Part shown: in pieces, positions 23,793 through 36,504 of the stretch | Numbering within the stretch: position 1 is the stretch's first letter | Layout of the letters: the number at the start of each line of letters is the position of its first letter | Assembly: GCA_951406725.2 (NCBI GenBank) | Contig: OX597821.1 | Span: 51,956,001 to 52,020,000 of the forward strand | DNA length: 64,000 bases | Direction of reading: 5' to 3' | Source: Octopus vulgaris | Lineage: Eukaryota | Notes under the pieces: generated by a model | What the model saw: only the letters and a program-made list of their open reading frames with translations | Told to the model about the DNA's origin: nothing | Database searches by the model: none | Position numbers and translations under genes: made by a program

Positions 23793-25307
23793 ATGTGTGT
23801 GTGTGTCTCTTTGTATCTGTGTTTGTCCCACACCACCATTTGACAATTGGTGTTGGTGCATTTACATCCTTATAACTTAGCGGCTTGCCAGAAAAAAACT
23901 AATAAGTATCAGGTTTAGCAAAAAAATGTGTACAGACGTTGATTCATTTGACTAAAACAAATAGTTCAAGGCAGTGCACCAGCATGGCCACAGTCTAATG
24001 ACTGAAACAAGTAAAAGATAAAAGATACTCACATACACAAACACATACACACACACACACACATGTGCATACATAAAATGTTAAGTTATTGGCAATACAA
24101 AAAGTAATAAAATGACTTCAGATGAAAATGGAAACCTGATCATAAATTTAGCATGTTGACAGTTTAATTCCCCTCAACAGAATTTGCAACTCTTTCATAA
24201 AAATAAGGGAATGAAACTAATTTACCCCCAAGATTTATTCACTAATTTATTTATTTTCATACTACAGTATTCTAAACACATGATCTGTGGCCTGAGTCAA
24301 AAAAAATCAATGAGGAAATGGTTAACTGTCAGACAGTTTGGCTATTCCTGTCCAGCAACTGACATTTAAAAGCTCAAACAAGAGAGAAATACAAAGTGTT
24401 TTCAAAATGAGTCTCTATAAGCTGGATTTAACCTCAAGTAAGATTCGCAATCAGAAATAAAACCTGAATTCTTGAGAGAGAACGTTGCTTGAAAAGTTGT
24501 AAATGGTAAATGACTGCTTAGCTTTTTCTAATATATTTAAAAACACAGAGAGGTAGCAAGAGAGAGAGAGAGAGTGAGGAAAAGTGAGCAAAAGAGACAG
24601 AGAATGGGGAAGAAAGAGAGAAAGGGAGCAAGAGAGAGAGAGAGAAACTGGTGGAAAAAGAGAGAGACGTGAGTTAAAAAGGTCAGAACAAGTATGGGTT
24701 CACTTTATAACCACAGGATTCCAGGTTCAATTCTATTGCATGATACCTTTGTAAAGCATCTTCAACCATACAAGTTGTTTATGTGAGTGGAATTTAGTAA
24801 TGAAAACTATGAAGAAGCCACGTGTTACATACATACACCCATATACAGATATATATATGCATGTACATATGTATTGTTTCACTTGTTTCAGTCACCTGGC
24901 TGCAGCCATACTGGAGCACCACCTTAAGATATATGTGCATATGTGTGTGTGTGTGTGTGTTTGTGTGTGTATACATACAAGCTTGTCCTTCCAGGGGCTA
25001 GTGCTACATAAAAGACATCCATGCCAGTGCTGTATAAACACACCCATGACGGAGTAATGTAAGAGGCACCCAACACATTCTGTTAAGTGGTTGGTGTTAG
25101 GAAGGGCATCCAACCATAGAAACCATGCCACAACAGACAATTGGAGTCTGGACAATTCCCCAGCTGGCCAGTTCCAGGTCAAACTGTCCAACCCATGCCA
25201 TCATGGAAAACATACATTAAACTATGATGACAATGATATATGTATGTGTGTGTCTGTATTATATTTATGTATGTATGTATGTATGCATGAATGTATGTAT
25301 ATATGTA

Positions 25308-25341
<34 letters not shown>

Positions 25342-25435
25342 CATATTTTTTTTTGCCTACTTTCAGCTCAGAGCTGCGGCCATGCTGATTCACCGCCGTT
25401 TATATTTATATTTATATATATATATACATAGATAC

Positions 25436-25471
<36 letters not shown>

Positions 25472-26067
25472 GTATCTATGTATACATATATATATATTCT
25501 CACACACACACACATAAACGTAAGTCTCTCCCTCTCTCTCTCTCTCTCTAATAAATATACATATATATACATATAGGTGTGTCAAAGTGTATGCATTTAT
25601 ATATCTCACTTTTATATGAGAACAATGCATGTGTAGAAGTGATTCAAAACCCTAGCTGCTGGATAACTGATTAAACACCATGAGCAAACCATTACAGATT
25701 CATATGACTGATCTTGTAATCAACCAATCAGTGTGCGGCTCTGGCATGGCATGATATGATTTTCTCGAATGTTCTTCTTGTTTCTTATAAAAGACCATTT
25801 TGCTACTCAATTAACTGCTACTACCAGACTTTGCCACAGTTACTCAAACCTGCTACAAATAGTAGCCAAATCTCTTTCAAATCACACTTAACCAACTTGA
25901 AAAATACTAACTCATTGGACAAGATTGTTCTAGATTTATATAAAGCATGTTCTTTTATCTCCAGGTTAGTCCAGGGGCTAAACGATAGCCCCTCCACACA
26001 TACACATGTTCTGTTACTCAGTTATGATTATAATTACAATTTACTATTAAATAACATACAACACACA

Positions 26068-26497
26068 TAGGTGCAATCACAGCTGTGTGGTTAAGAAGCT
26101 TACTTCTCAACTTTGTGGCTTTGGGTTCACTTTTACTGTGCAGCACCTCAGTCTAGAGTCTTCTACCACAGCCCTATGCTGATCAAAGCCTTGTGGGTGT
26201 ATTTGGAAGACAGAAACTGAAAGAAACCTGTCATATAACAAATATAATTAGACATGTGCATGCACACACATACACACACACAAGTGTATGTATGTCCTTG
26301 TTTGTGTTTGTCACCCACCACTGCGTAACAACTGTCCTGATTTCATTATGCACTTATAACTTAGCAGTTCAGCAAAAGAGGCTGATAGAATAAGTATCAC
26401 ACTTTAAAAGAATAAGTACAGGGGTTAATTTATTTGACTGAACTATTTAAGGTGGTGCCCCAGCATGGTTACAGCCCAGTGACTGAAACAAGTTAAA
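26068..26497 (+). mobile_element. SINE family A, diverged
   Basis: A and B boxes and body are recognisable. Confidence 0.8.
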
Positions 26498-26609
26498 ATA
26501 GATATTGTATAGTCTTCATCATAAAACATTATTGCAATATTATAATTTAAATAAAATAATTCAAGATGCGAAAGTATTTGAATTAGGAGAATCTTTGAAG
26601 TAGACTTAC

Positions 26610-26701
26610 CTTCATTTCAACAGCTCCACGCAATTCTAAATCAAAAGTTCCAAATATGTCTAAAACAGATTTTGTATGCGGACTCACATGAATTTTCAAT
26701 G
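26610..26701 (-). CDS. Guanylate cyclase exon (92 bp): (P)[30 protein letters not shown]
   Basis: tttcag acceptor, gtaagt donor, phase 1-0. KIHVS and ELRG-x-VEMK motifs typical of NPR-like cyclases. Confidence 0.96.
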
Positions 26702-26877
26702 CTGAAAATTAATTTAAAATAATTTCTTAGTTATGTAAAAATAGATATAATAACATTTAAAAAAAATAGCAATAAATTGTTTGAATTTTGACTTTTAACC
26801 TCTGGCAATAAAATGAGACATGTTTGGAGTTATCTCCCGTAATTGATCATCCCACCTCATCCCCAACACATAAATTA

Positions 26878-27716
26878 TGCTGTGTAACAAAATTTTAATT
26901 CTCTTTTTGTTCATTGGTTAGTAAGTGTTATTTCCTATTTGCTTCTATCTAGAAATCAAAGGAAATGACTACCATTCCCTACAAACTTTGCTTTTGTGAC
27001 CTGGACATCAATATTTTGAAACTGACCTACTTTCCATTACATTTCAGGCAGATTCAGCACTGAATTGCTGAAGCAGAAATATCGTTATAGCAAACATTTG
27101 GCTCAATACCAGATTTGCTTGTCAGTTGCTTGGCCTTAACCACTTGAGCATGTTCCTTAGAGGCTAACAATATGTGCACCTCTGTCCTTCTGCAACAGCG
27201 CTTGCGGTGGTTTGGCCATGCATGTAGGCATCCGGTGGGTGAACTGAGCCGTGATGTCCTTCTCCCAACTCCACTTCCCAACTGGCGGAAACACGCGGGC
27301 GGACAGCTGAAGACCTGGGTTATGACGATCAAGAAGGACCTCTCCGTGCTCACGGGACCGCAGGTGGTCGACTTGCGCCGATGGAACCGTGACTGGCTCG
27401 CTATCTCCGGTGAACTGGTGCAGGACAGTCGTGCGTGGGCTGCCACGGTTCGAGATGCCTCGAGAGTGGTAGAAGAAGCCGACTCAACCTGCCCAGGGTG
27501 AATGTCGCCACAAGTACAAGTAAGTGCACCTCTGATCATGAGCAGGAGTAGTAAGGAAGCATCATAGCCATGTGTTGAGAGCGATTCTTTCAGGTTCGAA
27601 AAAATATCATAAAAGAAAAGCTTGAAAGAAATATTAGCCATTTTTCATACTTTCCAGGGTTAACCAAAGAGGAAAAAATAGTTGCTACCCAAGGACAAAT
27701 ATCGTGTTACACAGTG
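26878..27716. mobile_element. CACTG/CAGTG-terminal non-autonomous DNA transposon (Chapaev3-like) carrying a nested RTE insert
   Basis: tta|tgctgtgtaaca ... tgttacacagtg|tta, giving TIRs and a TTA TSD. Confidence 0.65.
27185..27523 (+). mobile_element. GC-rich 5'-truncated RTE 3' end with (CAAGTA)n tail
   Basis: Open frame QRLRWFGHACR...GGQLKTW..IKKDL...QDSRAWAATVRD. 11-bp TSD GTGCACCTCTG at 27174-27184 and 27524-27534. Confidence 0.9.
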
Positions 27717-29459
27717 TTATCTAGTTTCTAAACAATTCTGTTTTCTATGTCAACAATTGTAGATTTAATCAATGACTTGCTTTAATACCTCTACAACCTA
27801 GACTTTAGCTGCCTTTAGTGAAATCCGAGTTTCCTGGTCAATAACTTCCTCCCTTCCTCACCTCAATCAAAGAATCCTTGAAATAATCCATGAGAACTAT
27901 TCTTTAAAGTAGACTTAAAGAATAATTCATGGGAGTTATTCTTCTTCCTGACTAAGACATTAAAAATAAATGAATAACTTTGTAAATACACATAGTGGGT
28001 CATTAATCATTAGGTCAGTGAATGCTGTGCTTTGTTGATGAAGTTAGAGCAAGCCGGATACTACTCATTAGTCCACTTTCATATTTACAAGAAAACTAAA
28101 AACTGTATCGAATAGTATCACTCTATTCTCACCACTTACTTATTCATAATCATTACTGTAATGTTCCCTGTATTAGATATGTTAACATTAACACAAATAT
28201 CTATCTATTTGTCGAACTACATAATTATCTAACCGTTAGTCTTTAGTTTCTGTCACTTCTGAAGGAGCAACAGACAATGAGAAATCTTCACCCAACATGG
28301 TTATAACCTCTTTTGTGAACCTCCTCCTAGGCCAGCACATCCAATCTGTCAGGACCTACTTAGTCCTCAACCTAATGTCAATAGATCTGTATCACCTTCT
28401 ATGCTTCCACCTATCTTTGGCTTCCAATTGAGAGAAGCTCTCACCGGTTTCTTCATAGGCATATGCAGCACATAATCAAACATTTGCTATCTTTCAGTGA
28501 CTGTTTCACATATTCTTCTCAGCATGACATTTCCCTGACTTGGAAGCATGGCTTCTGTTGAATTTTGAAACACCTTACTAGATTTCCCATTTTAGGGCCA
28601 CAGCCTAATTACATTGCCATAAAAAGCAAAACAAGCAATGAGAAATTAACTGCCTCAGCATAAAAGGCCTATGTGATCATGATTCATCTGGTGTGTAAAC
28701 AAATAAGTAATAGACTGGAAAGTAAATGTTGCAAATCTTCCCACCAACAATTACAATAAGACCTGAACTTTGTTTTATTCTGATCTCATCAGTTACACTT
28801 AATAAATTTTATTTAATCCTTCGCGTGTCCAAAGCATTTTCATAGATCTGTCCTAAATGTCCATACTCATTTTCAGGCCTTTAGTTAGCCCTAGTTTCAT
28901 GTGTTCCGCATAATATAAAGCTTTTCTGTCATGAGTCCCAAGTTTCTCAGGTTCTTGAAAAATATTGTGAATGTCTATTATATTTGATACACAGATGCCA
29001 GAGAAATATGTCATATATCACATATGATACACAGGGCAGGCAAAGGGTTAACTACTTACTTTTTGAACAAACTATTTTGAACTTATGAAAATTTTCAAAC
29101 AGAATCTAAATTTTAGTCTAAATTTAATTTACTAATAAACACATTTAAAAAATGAAGAAAAAAGAAAAGAAAAAGAACAAAGGGGTAGGAGCAAAGCAGT
29201 ATAAAATGGAGGGGAAGAGGTGATGGGCCACATATCCCAGGTCAAGTGGGGTCCTCAGCTGCACCCCACAGTAATGACTGTGATGGTTTTGCTGAAGAGA
29301 ATGGCCAGTAACACTCACTGTAGTAGCCACTCTACCTCGCAGGGCTCTACAACTGTCAATTAAGTCACATGATAGACGACTTGGATGTTTCATCCAATAA
29401 GATATCCATATGTGGTAAACCACATATTTGTACTCCTATATACATATATATAGGAGCAA

Positions 29460-30572
29460 TATCAGAGGAAGGTTAACAGGGAAATCTAGTTTTTGTGTGT
29501 GTGGAAGGTACAATTAAAAACTAGAAGTAGTTGATAGCTTCCAGTACCTAGGTGTCCAAGTCAGTAGCCGAGGTGTCCAAGAACATAGCTGCTAGAATAA
29601 AAATTAGGTTGGGCAAAGTTCGGAGAGCTTTTACCTCTGTTAGTAATGAAGGGTCCCTCCCTCAGAGTGAAAGGCAAATTATATGATGCCTGTGTGCGAA
29701 CAGCCATGTTAGACAGCAGTGAAACATAGGCTGTGACTGCATGTGTAAGCTTGAAAGAAATTAATCTAGTATGCTTTGCTGGATGTGCAATGGTAGTGTG
29801 CATGCATGACAGAGTGTAAGTGTCCTGAGAGAAAAGTTGGGCATAAGAGGCATAAGATGTGGTGTGCAAGAGAGATGACTGTGCTAGTATGGTCACGTGA
29901 TGTGTATGGATGTGGACAGCTGTGTGAAGAAGTGCCGATCTCTATCAGTGGAAGGAAGCTGTGGCAGAGGGAGACCCAAGAAGACATGGGGTGAGGTGGT
30001 GAAACATGATCTTGAAACACTGGGCCTCATGGAGGCAACGACTAGCGACTGAGACATTTCACAATATGCCGTGCTTGCGAACACACTTCAAGCCCAGTGA
30101 AGTCATATTTGTGGCAGTTGCCGATGTCACATAACATGCATCCATGCTGGTGGCACATAAAAACCACCTTTCGAGCATTAGGCCTCATGGAAGCAATGTG
30201 GCCGATGGTGGTGTCACAGACTAGCAACCGTGCTGGTGGCATGTAAAAAGCACCTTACAAGCACCGAGTCTCACAGAGGCAAATACAAATGATTGAGACC
30301 TTTGGCAGTATACTGTTCTTGAGAAGGAAGATCCATCAAGCTGAGTGAAATCATAGTTATGGTGGATACTGGTATCGTGCAACTGTCACTTGTGCCAGTG
30401 GTACATAATAGTACCCATTACACTCTCAAAGTGGTTGACATTAGGAAGGGCATCCAGCTGTAGAAACCATGCCAAATCAGATTGGAATCTGGTGTAACCC
30501 CTCAGATTAACAGCCCTGGTTAAATCATCCAACCTATTCCAGCATGGACAATGGACATTAAATGATAATGAC
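29460..30572 (+). mobile_element. Degenerate RTE LINE 3' part including its 3' UTR and tail
   Basis: Reads like RVKGKLYDACVRTAML.SSET and GRGRPKKTW with stops, and continues into the aggaagggcatccagctgtagaaac 3' UTR. Confidence 0.85.
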
Positions 30573-30654
30573 AATATATACATGCATATATGTATGTATA
30601 GTGCTGACTAGGGATTGAACCAATAGGTTACCTAGTTAATTCTTTCAAATATTG

Positions 30655-30860
30655 GTATGAGACAAACAATTTTAGTGGGAGGAGATTAGTCAATTTCATG
30701 AACCTCAGCACACATCTGATACTTATCTAATTGATTTCTATTTACTCCAAAAGGATGAAAGGTAAAGTTGACTGTGGCAGAGTTTGAACTCAGAATGTAA
30801 CGTAATGCGGCAGAAAGAATTTTGTCTGATGTGCTAATGGTTCTGCAACTCTACAACCTT
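30655..30860 (-). mobile_element. SINE family B, diverged
   Basis: aggatgaaaggtaaagttgac...gagtttgaactcagaa. Confidence 0.7.
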
Positions 30861-31129
30861 AAGTTACCAAGTAATTACCACATCCAAAATATATTTAAGA
30901 AAAAGTAAAACATAAATCATCCATAATGTATACTACTTCTGGCAAATTATTTTCAATTGTAGGCTCTCTAAGGAGGCTGGTGTTAGGTAGAGCATCCAGC
31001 CATAAAAACCCTGCCAAAACAGACAGTGAAGCCTGATGCAATCTTCTGCCTAGCTAGCCCCTGTAAAACCATCCAACACATGCCAGCATGGAAAACGGAC
31101 ATTCATTGACAATGAAGATGATGGTGATG

Positions 31130-31746
31130 ACTGTGTGGCTAAGAAAGTTGGTTTGAAAATCATGTGGCTTTGAGTTCAGTTCCACTGTGTTGGACACTCA
31201 GCAAGTTTCTTCTGCTATAGCGCGACGCTGAACAATACCTTGTCAGTGGATTTGGTAGATGGAGTGTGTGTGGAAGCCTATGGTATATGTAGGCGGGGAG
31301 CTGGCAGAAACGTTAGCATGCCGGGCAAAATGCGTAGCGGTATTTCGTCTGCGTTATGTTGTGAGTTCAAATTCCGCCGAGGTCGACTTTGCCTTTCATC
31401 CTTTCGGCGTCGATAAATTAAGTACCAGTTACGCACTGGGGTCGATGTAATCGACTTAATACCTATGTCTGTCCTTGTTTGTCCCCTCTGTGTTTAGCCC
31501 CTTGTGGGTAATAAAGAAATAGGTATATGTGTGTGTGTCTTTGTGTTTGTCTCCCATCTCCCCTACTTGACAACCAGTGTTAATTAGCTTACATCCCAGT
31601 AACTTAGCAGTTCAGCAAAAAAGACTGACAGAATAAGTACCAGGTTTAAAAAAAAGTACTGGGATTGATTTGTTAAACTGAATCCTTCAAGGTAGTGCCC
31701 CAGTATGGCCACTGTTCAGTGACAGAAACACGTAAATGATAAAAGA
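31130..31746 (+). mobile_element. SINE A split by a young SINE B
   Basis: SINE A head at 31130-31280, tail at about 31530-31746. Confidence 0.8.
31291..31521 (+). mobile_element. SINE family B, young full-length copy
   Basis: tRNA-like head aggcggggagctggcaga...gagttcaaattcc, central gcctttcatcctttcgg. TSD GGTATATGT at 31282-31290 and 31522-31530. Confidence 0.9.
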
Positions 31747-31831
31747 TAAATACAAAATACATATAATGAAGCAAATATATAAATAAAAAAAATAAAAAAA
31801 ACAGTCAATAAAGTAGAATAAATTGTCTTAC

Positions 31832-31930
31832 GAAGTCCATTTGATTCCATCCTTGAGCAAGTATTCACTGTGTCTCCAAATAAACAATAGCGTGGCATTT
31901 TTAAGCCAACAACACCACTGCACACAGGTC
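31832..31930 (-). CDS. Guanylate cyclase exon (99 bp): (G)[32 protein letters not shown](P)
   Basis: ttcag acceptor, gtaaga donor, phase 1-1 matching its neighbours. [12 protein letters not shown]-x-x-SRMES guanylate cyclase signature, also visible inside ORF 31716..32006. Confidence 0.97.
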
Positions 31931-32078
31931 CTGAAGTGACACAAACATTTATTGATTGATTAACAAATAGACAATGATAGACATAAGAGTGTCTTTTAAA
32001 ACACATATTGAAGCTTTGTTTATAAAATCATTACTTTTTTAGTTTTTTTTTTTATAATTACACCATTAAGTACACACA

Positions 32079-32303
32079 TGAGGGAGGGGGGTGCTGAAAA
32101 GTTCCTGACTGCAAGGGTATTGCGAAAGGCCTGGTTGAAGGCCCAACCTTCTGAGCTCTTTCACAGGGCTTAGAAAAACTGAACTACCACCACAATGAGC
32201 GTGTGAACCTGAGAGGGGAATATATTGAATAACATCATAATTAACTGATTCTCTTGCATAATATTTTAACCCTAAGCCAGGAACATTTCAGCACACCCTT
32301 GTA
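32079..32303 (+). mobile_element. Mariner-derived MITE
   Basis: TIRs gggtgctgaaaagttcctg and caggaacatttcagcacaccc. Internal remnant GLEKL...V.LRGEYIE* of the mariner C-terminus. Confidence 0.75.
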
Positions 32304-32367
32304 TATACAAATTGTAACAGACTCACACATATATACATATAGACAATAACACACATATGTGCAAAGT

Positions 32368-32404
<37 letters not shown>

Positions 32405-32603
32405 TTGCATCTTTATATATTTATACACTTGTTCAGATGACAGCCTTCTGTAATGAAATGAAATGTTCCATTTTCAAGATTTTGGACAAAGAGACATTTT
32501 ATTACAGAACACTATGTTGCTCATTTAGAGATGGTACATATGAAACTTAGGTAACAGTATGCAGCTTCAGCACTCCACCCCCATACACACAAATTTATAT
32601 AAT

Positions 32604-32639
<36 letters not shown>

Positions 32640-32924
32640 ATCTTTTGTATACTTTGGTCTCCTTGATATCAATGCAACTTATGAGCATCATTAATTTATT
32701 TTTATTCTTTTATTATTTTACATTAACTTTTACTGTTGCATTTCAAGTATCATATTGATAAATAGGATTGTGAAAGAAGGAAAGAGCAAGAGAGGGGAGG
32801 GACAGAGGCAAAGAGACAGACAGAGATGGAGAGAGAGAGAGAGAGACAGAGAAAGACAGACAGACAGGTACAAAGAGACACACATACAGACAATACTTAA
32901 TGGATATGAATAAAAAAATGACAA

Positions 32925-33125
32925 ATCATCACAATCATCATCATCATCATCATCATCATCACAAACATCATAATCATAATTCATCATCACAATCATCATC
33001 ACAATCCCTACCACAAACACAACCGCCACCACCACCACCAGCTTTAATTATCATCACCATTGTACCCCATCATCATCATCATCATCATCACCACCACCAA
33101 CCCCACTACCACCTCCATCATCATA
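32925..33125. repeat. (CAT)/(CAC)n microsatellite
   Basis: Direct reading. Explains the poly-His ORF. Confidence 0.9.
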
Positions 33126-33616
33126 AACTCTCTCTACTACAGTATTGCATCAGATAATGAAAGGATTGGGTCAGGTGGTGAGATGTCTTCCAGCTCAAGA
33201 TGACATGTGGAAATGACTAAAAAAGAAAATCAATGAAAATGATGATGATGATCATGATGATCATGATGACAATAATAAGGACAAAGATGATGATGATGAG
33301 ATGATGAAATTATAGTACTATCATTACATCATATCATCATCATCAATATAATGTACATTTATGGCAAGCTAACTTCATAATCATGCTACCATACAGAAAC
33401 ATACATATATATGTGTACACACACACACACACAAATATGAAATATAAGTAATATCTTAAATTCTAATCTTCAGTTTTTATTCTTCATACTCTACAACAGA
33501 AATGGAATTTACAAACTGTCTATTTGAAACAAAAGTTTCTTAGGCGCATTCTCTTCTCTTAGGATATTCAGGCAACTGCTGTCCATAAAAGAGTTTCCTA
33601 AGAAAAACACCTGATA

Positions 33617-34122
33617 TCTATATATATAAAACTCTAGTTGTGTGAGTGTCTGTCCCCTTCGATTTAGATTCCTAACTCCTCCCACATTTTGCGGTGCAGT
33701 TTAACCAAATTCGGGTATCTTATAGTCGTGATTCATATCGAGCCCGTCTGACTATTAGCGCGCGTCAACGATGAGTCTACGATTTTAAAAATAATTTAAC
33801 ATCATTTTTTATTCCATTTTAATGCATAAAATGCATCGTATGTCGATGGCGGCGGAGTTGGCGTCCATGCTCAAAGCTGCACCTGTTTGCTTCTCCCCCT
33901 TCCCTCCCTCGTGAAGCTGTGGGGAAGGGAGTGTAAAGAAATCAACGTCGTAATGCGTTGTGAAGGAAACCAGCGTTCTTTTAGAACAACGACTTCATGG
34001 CTTGAAGACACCAAAACAAAAATGGCTAAGAAAGCCCGAATTTATAAGGGAAGTAACTCTCTAAAAATGCTTATATAGTTATTTCCCTTACAAACCCGAG
34101 CAACGCCGGGCGATACTGCTAG
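33617..34122 (+). mobile_element. Non-autonomous Helitron, copy 1 (506 bp)
   Basis: A|TCTATATATATAAAA 5' end, subterminal hairpin CCCGAGCAACGCCGGG, 3' CTAG. Confidence 0.9.
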
Positions 34123-34637
34123 TCTATATATATAAAACTCTAGTTGTGTGAGTGTCTGTCCCCTTCGATTTAGATTCCTAACTCCTCCCACATTTTGCGG
34201 TGCAGTTTAACCAAATTCGGGTATCTTATAGTCGTGATTCATATCGAGCCCGTCTGGCTATTAGCACGCGTCAACGATGAGTCTACGATTTTAAAAATAA
34301 TTTAACATCATTTTTTATTCCATTTTAATGCATAATTTTTCGTGTGTCGATGGCGGCGGAGTTGGCGTCCACGCTCAAACACCTGTACCTGTTTGCTTCT
34401 CCCCCTTCTTCCCTCCCTCGTGAAGCTGTGGGGAAGGGAGTGTAAAGAAATCAACGTCGTAATGCGTTGTCAAGGAGACCAGCGTTCTTTTAGAACAACG
34501 ACTTCATGGCTTGAAGACACCAAAACAGAAATAGCTAAGAAAGCCCGAATTGGCATCTATAAGGGAAGTAACTCTCTAAAAATGCTTATATAGTTATTTC
34601 CCTTACAAACCCGAGCAACGCCGGGCGATACTGCTAG
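34123..34637 (+). mobile_element. Non-autonomous Helitron, copy 2 (515 bp), head-to-tail with copy 1
   Basis: Junction CTAG|TCTATA. Ends CTAG|T. Confidence 0.9.
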
Positions 34638-34659
34638 TATATTTATATATATAGACTAG

Positions 34660-34940
34660 ACATAATAAATAATAATGAACTTATCATATACAGAGCTCAA
34701 GTGCACTACTACACATCAGAAAAAATAACCAAAATTTCATGGATAATGTATAGAATATGCACAGGTAGTGAACAGTGAATAATTCTTAAAAAAAAACAGA
34801 GGAGGGATGTGAGAGGCATCAGGTGTACTGTTGGTGAATTTTAGGAAGCACAGAAGTTTCAAAGGATGTAGTGTCTCTATAGTTAACAACTGATGCAGGT
34901 AGTTTATTCCATGCTTCAGCAATTCTGAGTGTGAAAGTCA
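34660..34940 (-). mobile_element. CR1/L2-like LINE 3' end
   Basis: FTLRIAEAWNKLPASVV...SF motif (ORF 34819..35013), typical of the CR1-group ORF2 C-terminus. Confidence 0.65.
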
Positions 34941-35147
34941 TGGGTGTTGTGTTGTTTTTTAATTCTGTAAGCATGTCTATGAGTGTTAGACATATGGAAA
35001 AACACTCATGCACATGCTTACAAAATCAAAAAACAATACTTTCACAAACATGACTTTCAAAAACACACTCACACACGTCACACATACACATATATATTCA
35101 TGCATACATATATGTATATATATGCATATCTTTATGCATATACTGTT

Positions 35148-35370
35148 TTATTCTTTTACTTGTTTCAGTCATTTGACTGAAGCCACGCTGGTGCACCTCT
35201 TTTAGTCAAACAAATTGACACCAGGACTTATTCTTTGTAATGTGCATGTGTTTATTCTATCGGTTTCTTTTGTGGAACTGCTGAGTTACAGGGACGTAAA
35301 CACACCAACATCAGTTGTCAAGTGATGGTGGGGGACAGACATGCATGCATGCATACATACATACATACAT

Positions 35371-35428
<58 letters not shown>

Positions 35429-35582
35429 CAGTTTTCTTTCAGTTTCTGTCTAATAAATCCACTCACAAGGCTTTGGTTGGCTATAATAGAAGACACTAGC
35501 CCAAGGTGCTATGCAGTGGGACTGAACTCTGAAACATGTGGTTGGGAAGCAAGCTTCTTACCACACAGCCATGCCTACGCCT
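35148..35582 (-). mobile_element. SINE family A
   Basis: Reverse match with an expanded internal microsatellite. Confidence 0.85.
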
Positions 35583-35611
35583 ATATATACACACACACGC
35601 ACACACACATA

Positions 35612-35835
35612 CAGGGTGGCCCAAAAGTAAGTGTACAGTTATTCAACTATCTCTTTTGCATTCATTTATTAACAGTGTATATCTTAATTATAAAAAATAT
35701 GAAACCATTATTCTATGCTAATTTAGTTAATTTCGTCAAGCTCCCTTTTCAGCTTGTAAGATAGAAATTTCAAATGTAATAAAATGTTTTTAAAAAATTT
35801 TAAGTGCCTACGTGTAATCCTACATTTGGGCTACC

Positions 35836-35838
<3 letters not shown>
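35612..35838. mobile_element. Tc1/mariner-type MITE
   Basis: TA|CAGGGTGGCCCAAA ... TTTGGGCTACCCTG|TA. Confidence 0.8.
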
Positions 35839-35874
<36 letters not shown>

Positions 35875-35879
<5 letters not shown>

Positions 35880-36050
35880 AGAGTTTACGAAAAAAACAAA
35901 AGACGAAAACGGGTGGTGTACAAAACAAACAGATGTATTAGTATAACGCTCAGGAATAGAAAAAGTCTTTTACTTTTCGAGCCTATGCTCTTCTACAGAA
36001 AGGAACACAGAAAAAACAAGGAGAGAAAAAAATGTGTGTAGAGGCTAATG
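35875..36050 (-). mobile_element. Second copy of the Penelope-like repeat at 12406-12586
   Basis: Near-identical sequence. Hammerhead stem III is mutated (GAAAAGTA). Confidence 0.7.
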
Positions 36051-36055
36051 GAGTA

Positions 36056-36470
36056 CTGACAATTCAGCTCTGGATAATTCAGCACATGTAATATATGTAA
36101 TTTATTATTACACTATATTGGTGCTGGTTGTATGTCTAAAACACATGCACATGCAACCTACAAACACAGCAATGCTGACTAAAACACTATAAAGCATTCA
36201 AAGTATGAATGATCATATTCTGCCATAAATAAAAAGCTTCAGAATATCATATGTTGACAAACTAGAATATTTATGAGCAATTAGTTATTAAATTAAACTC
36301 CAAAAGTAGGAATTTAGCATTTTTAATTCTTTTTGTATTTTTCATCTTTACATGTTTTTAAATAAGTAATTGAAACTTTTCCTCTTTTTTTTCTTTTCAT
36401 CCCCAAATAACTTTTACCTAAGTTCAATAAGATCCCTGTGCTGAATTATCTAGCGCTGAATTGTCAGGCA
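36056..36470. mobile_element. MITE-like element with TIRs of about 30 bp
   Basis: ctgacaattcagctctggataattcagcaca versus tgtgctgaattatctagcgctgaattgtcag. Confidence 0.65.
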
Positions 36471-36504
36471 CTGAATTATCACATCATATATATATATATA
36501 TATA

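Noticed and set aside
32900-33157. His/Pro-rich ORF resembling a transcription-factor tract
   Set aside because: A (CAT)/(CAC)n repeat with no domain or splice support.
33887-34593. Duplicated ORFs suggesting a tandem gene pair
   Set aside because: They are chance frames inside the two non-autonomous Helitron copies.
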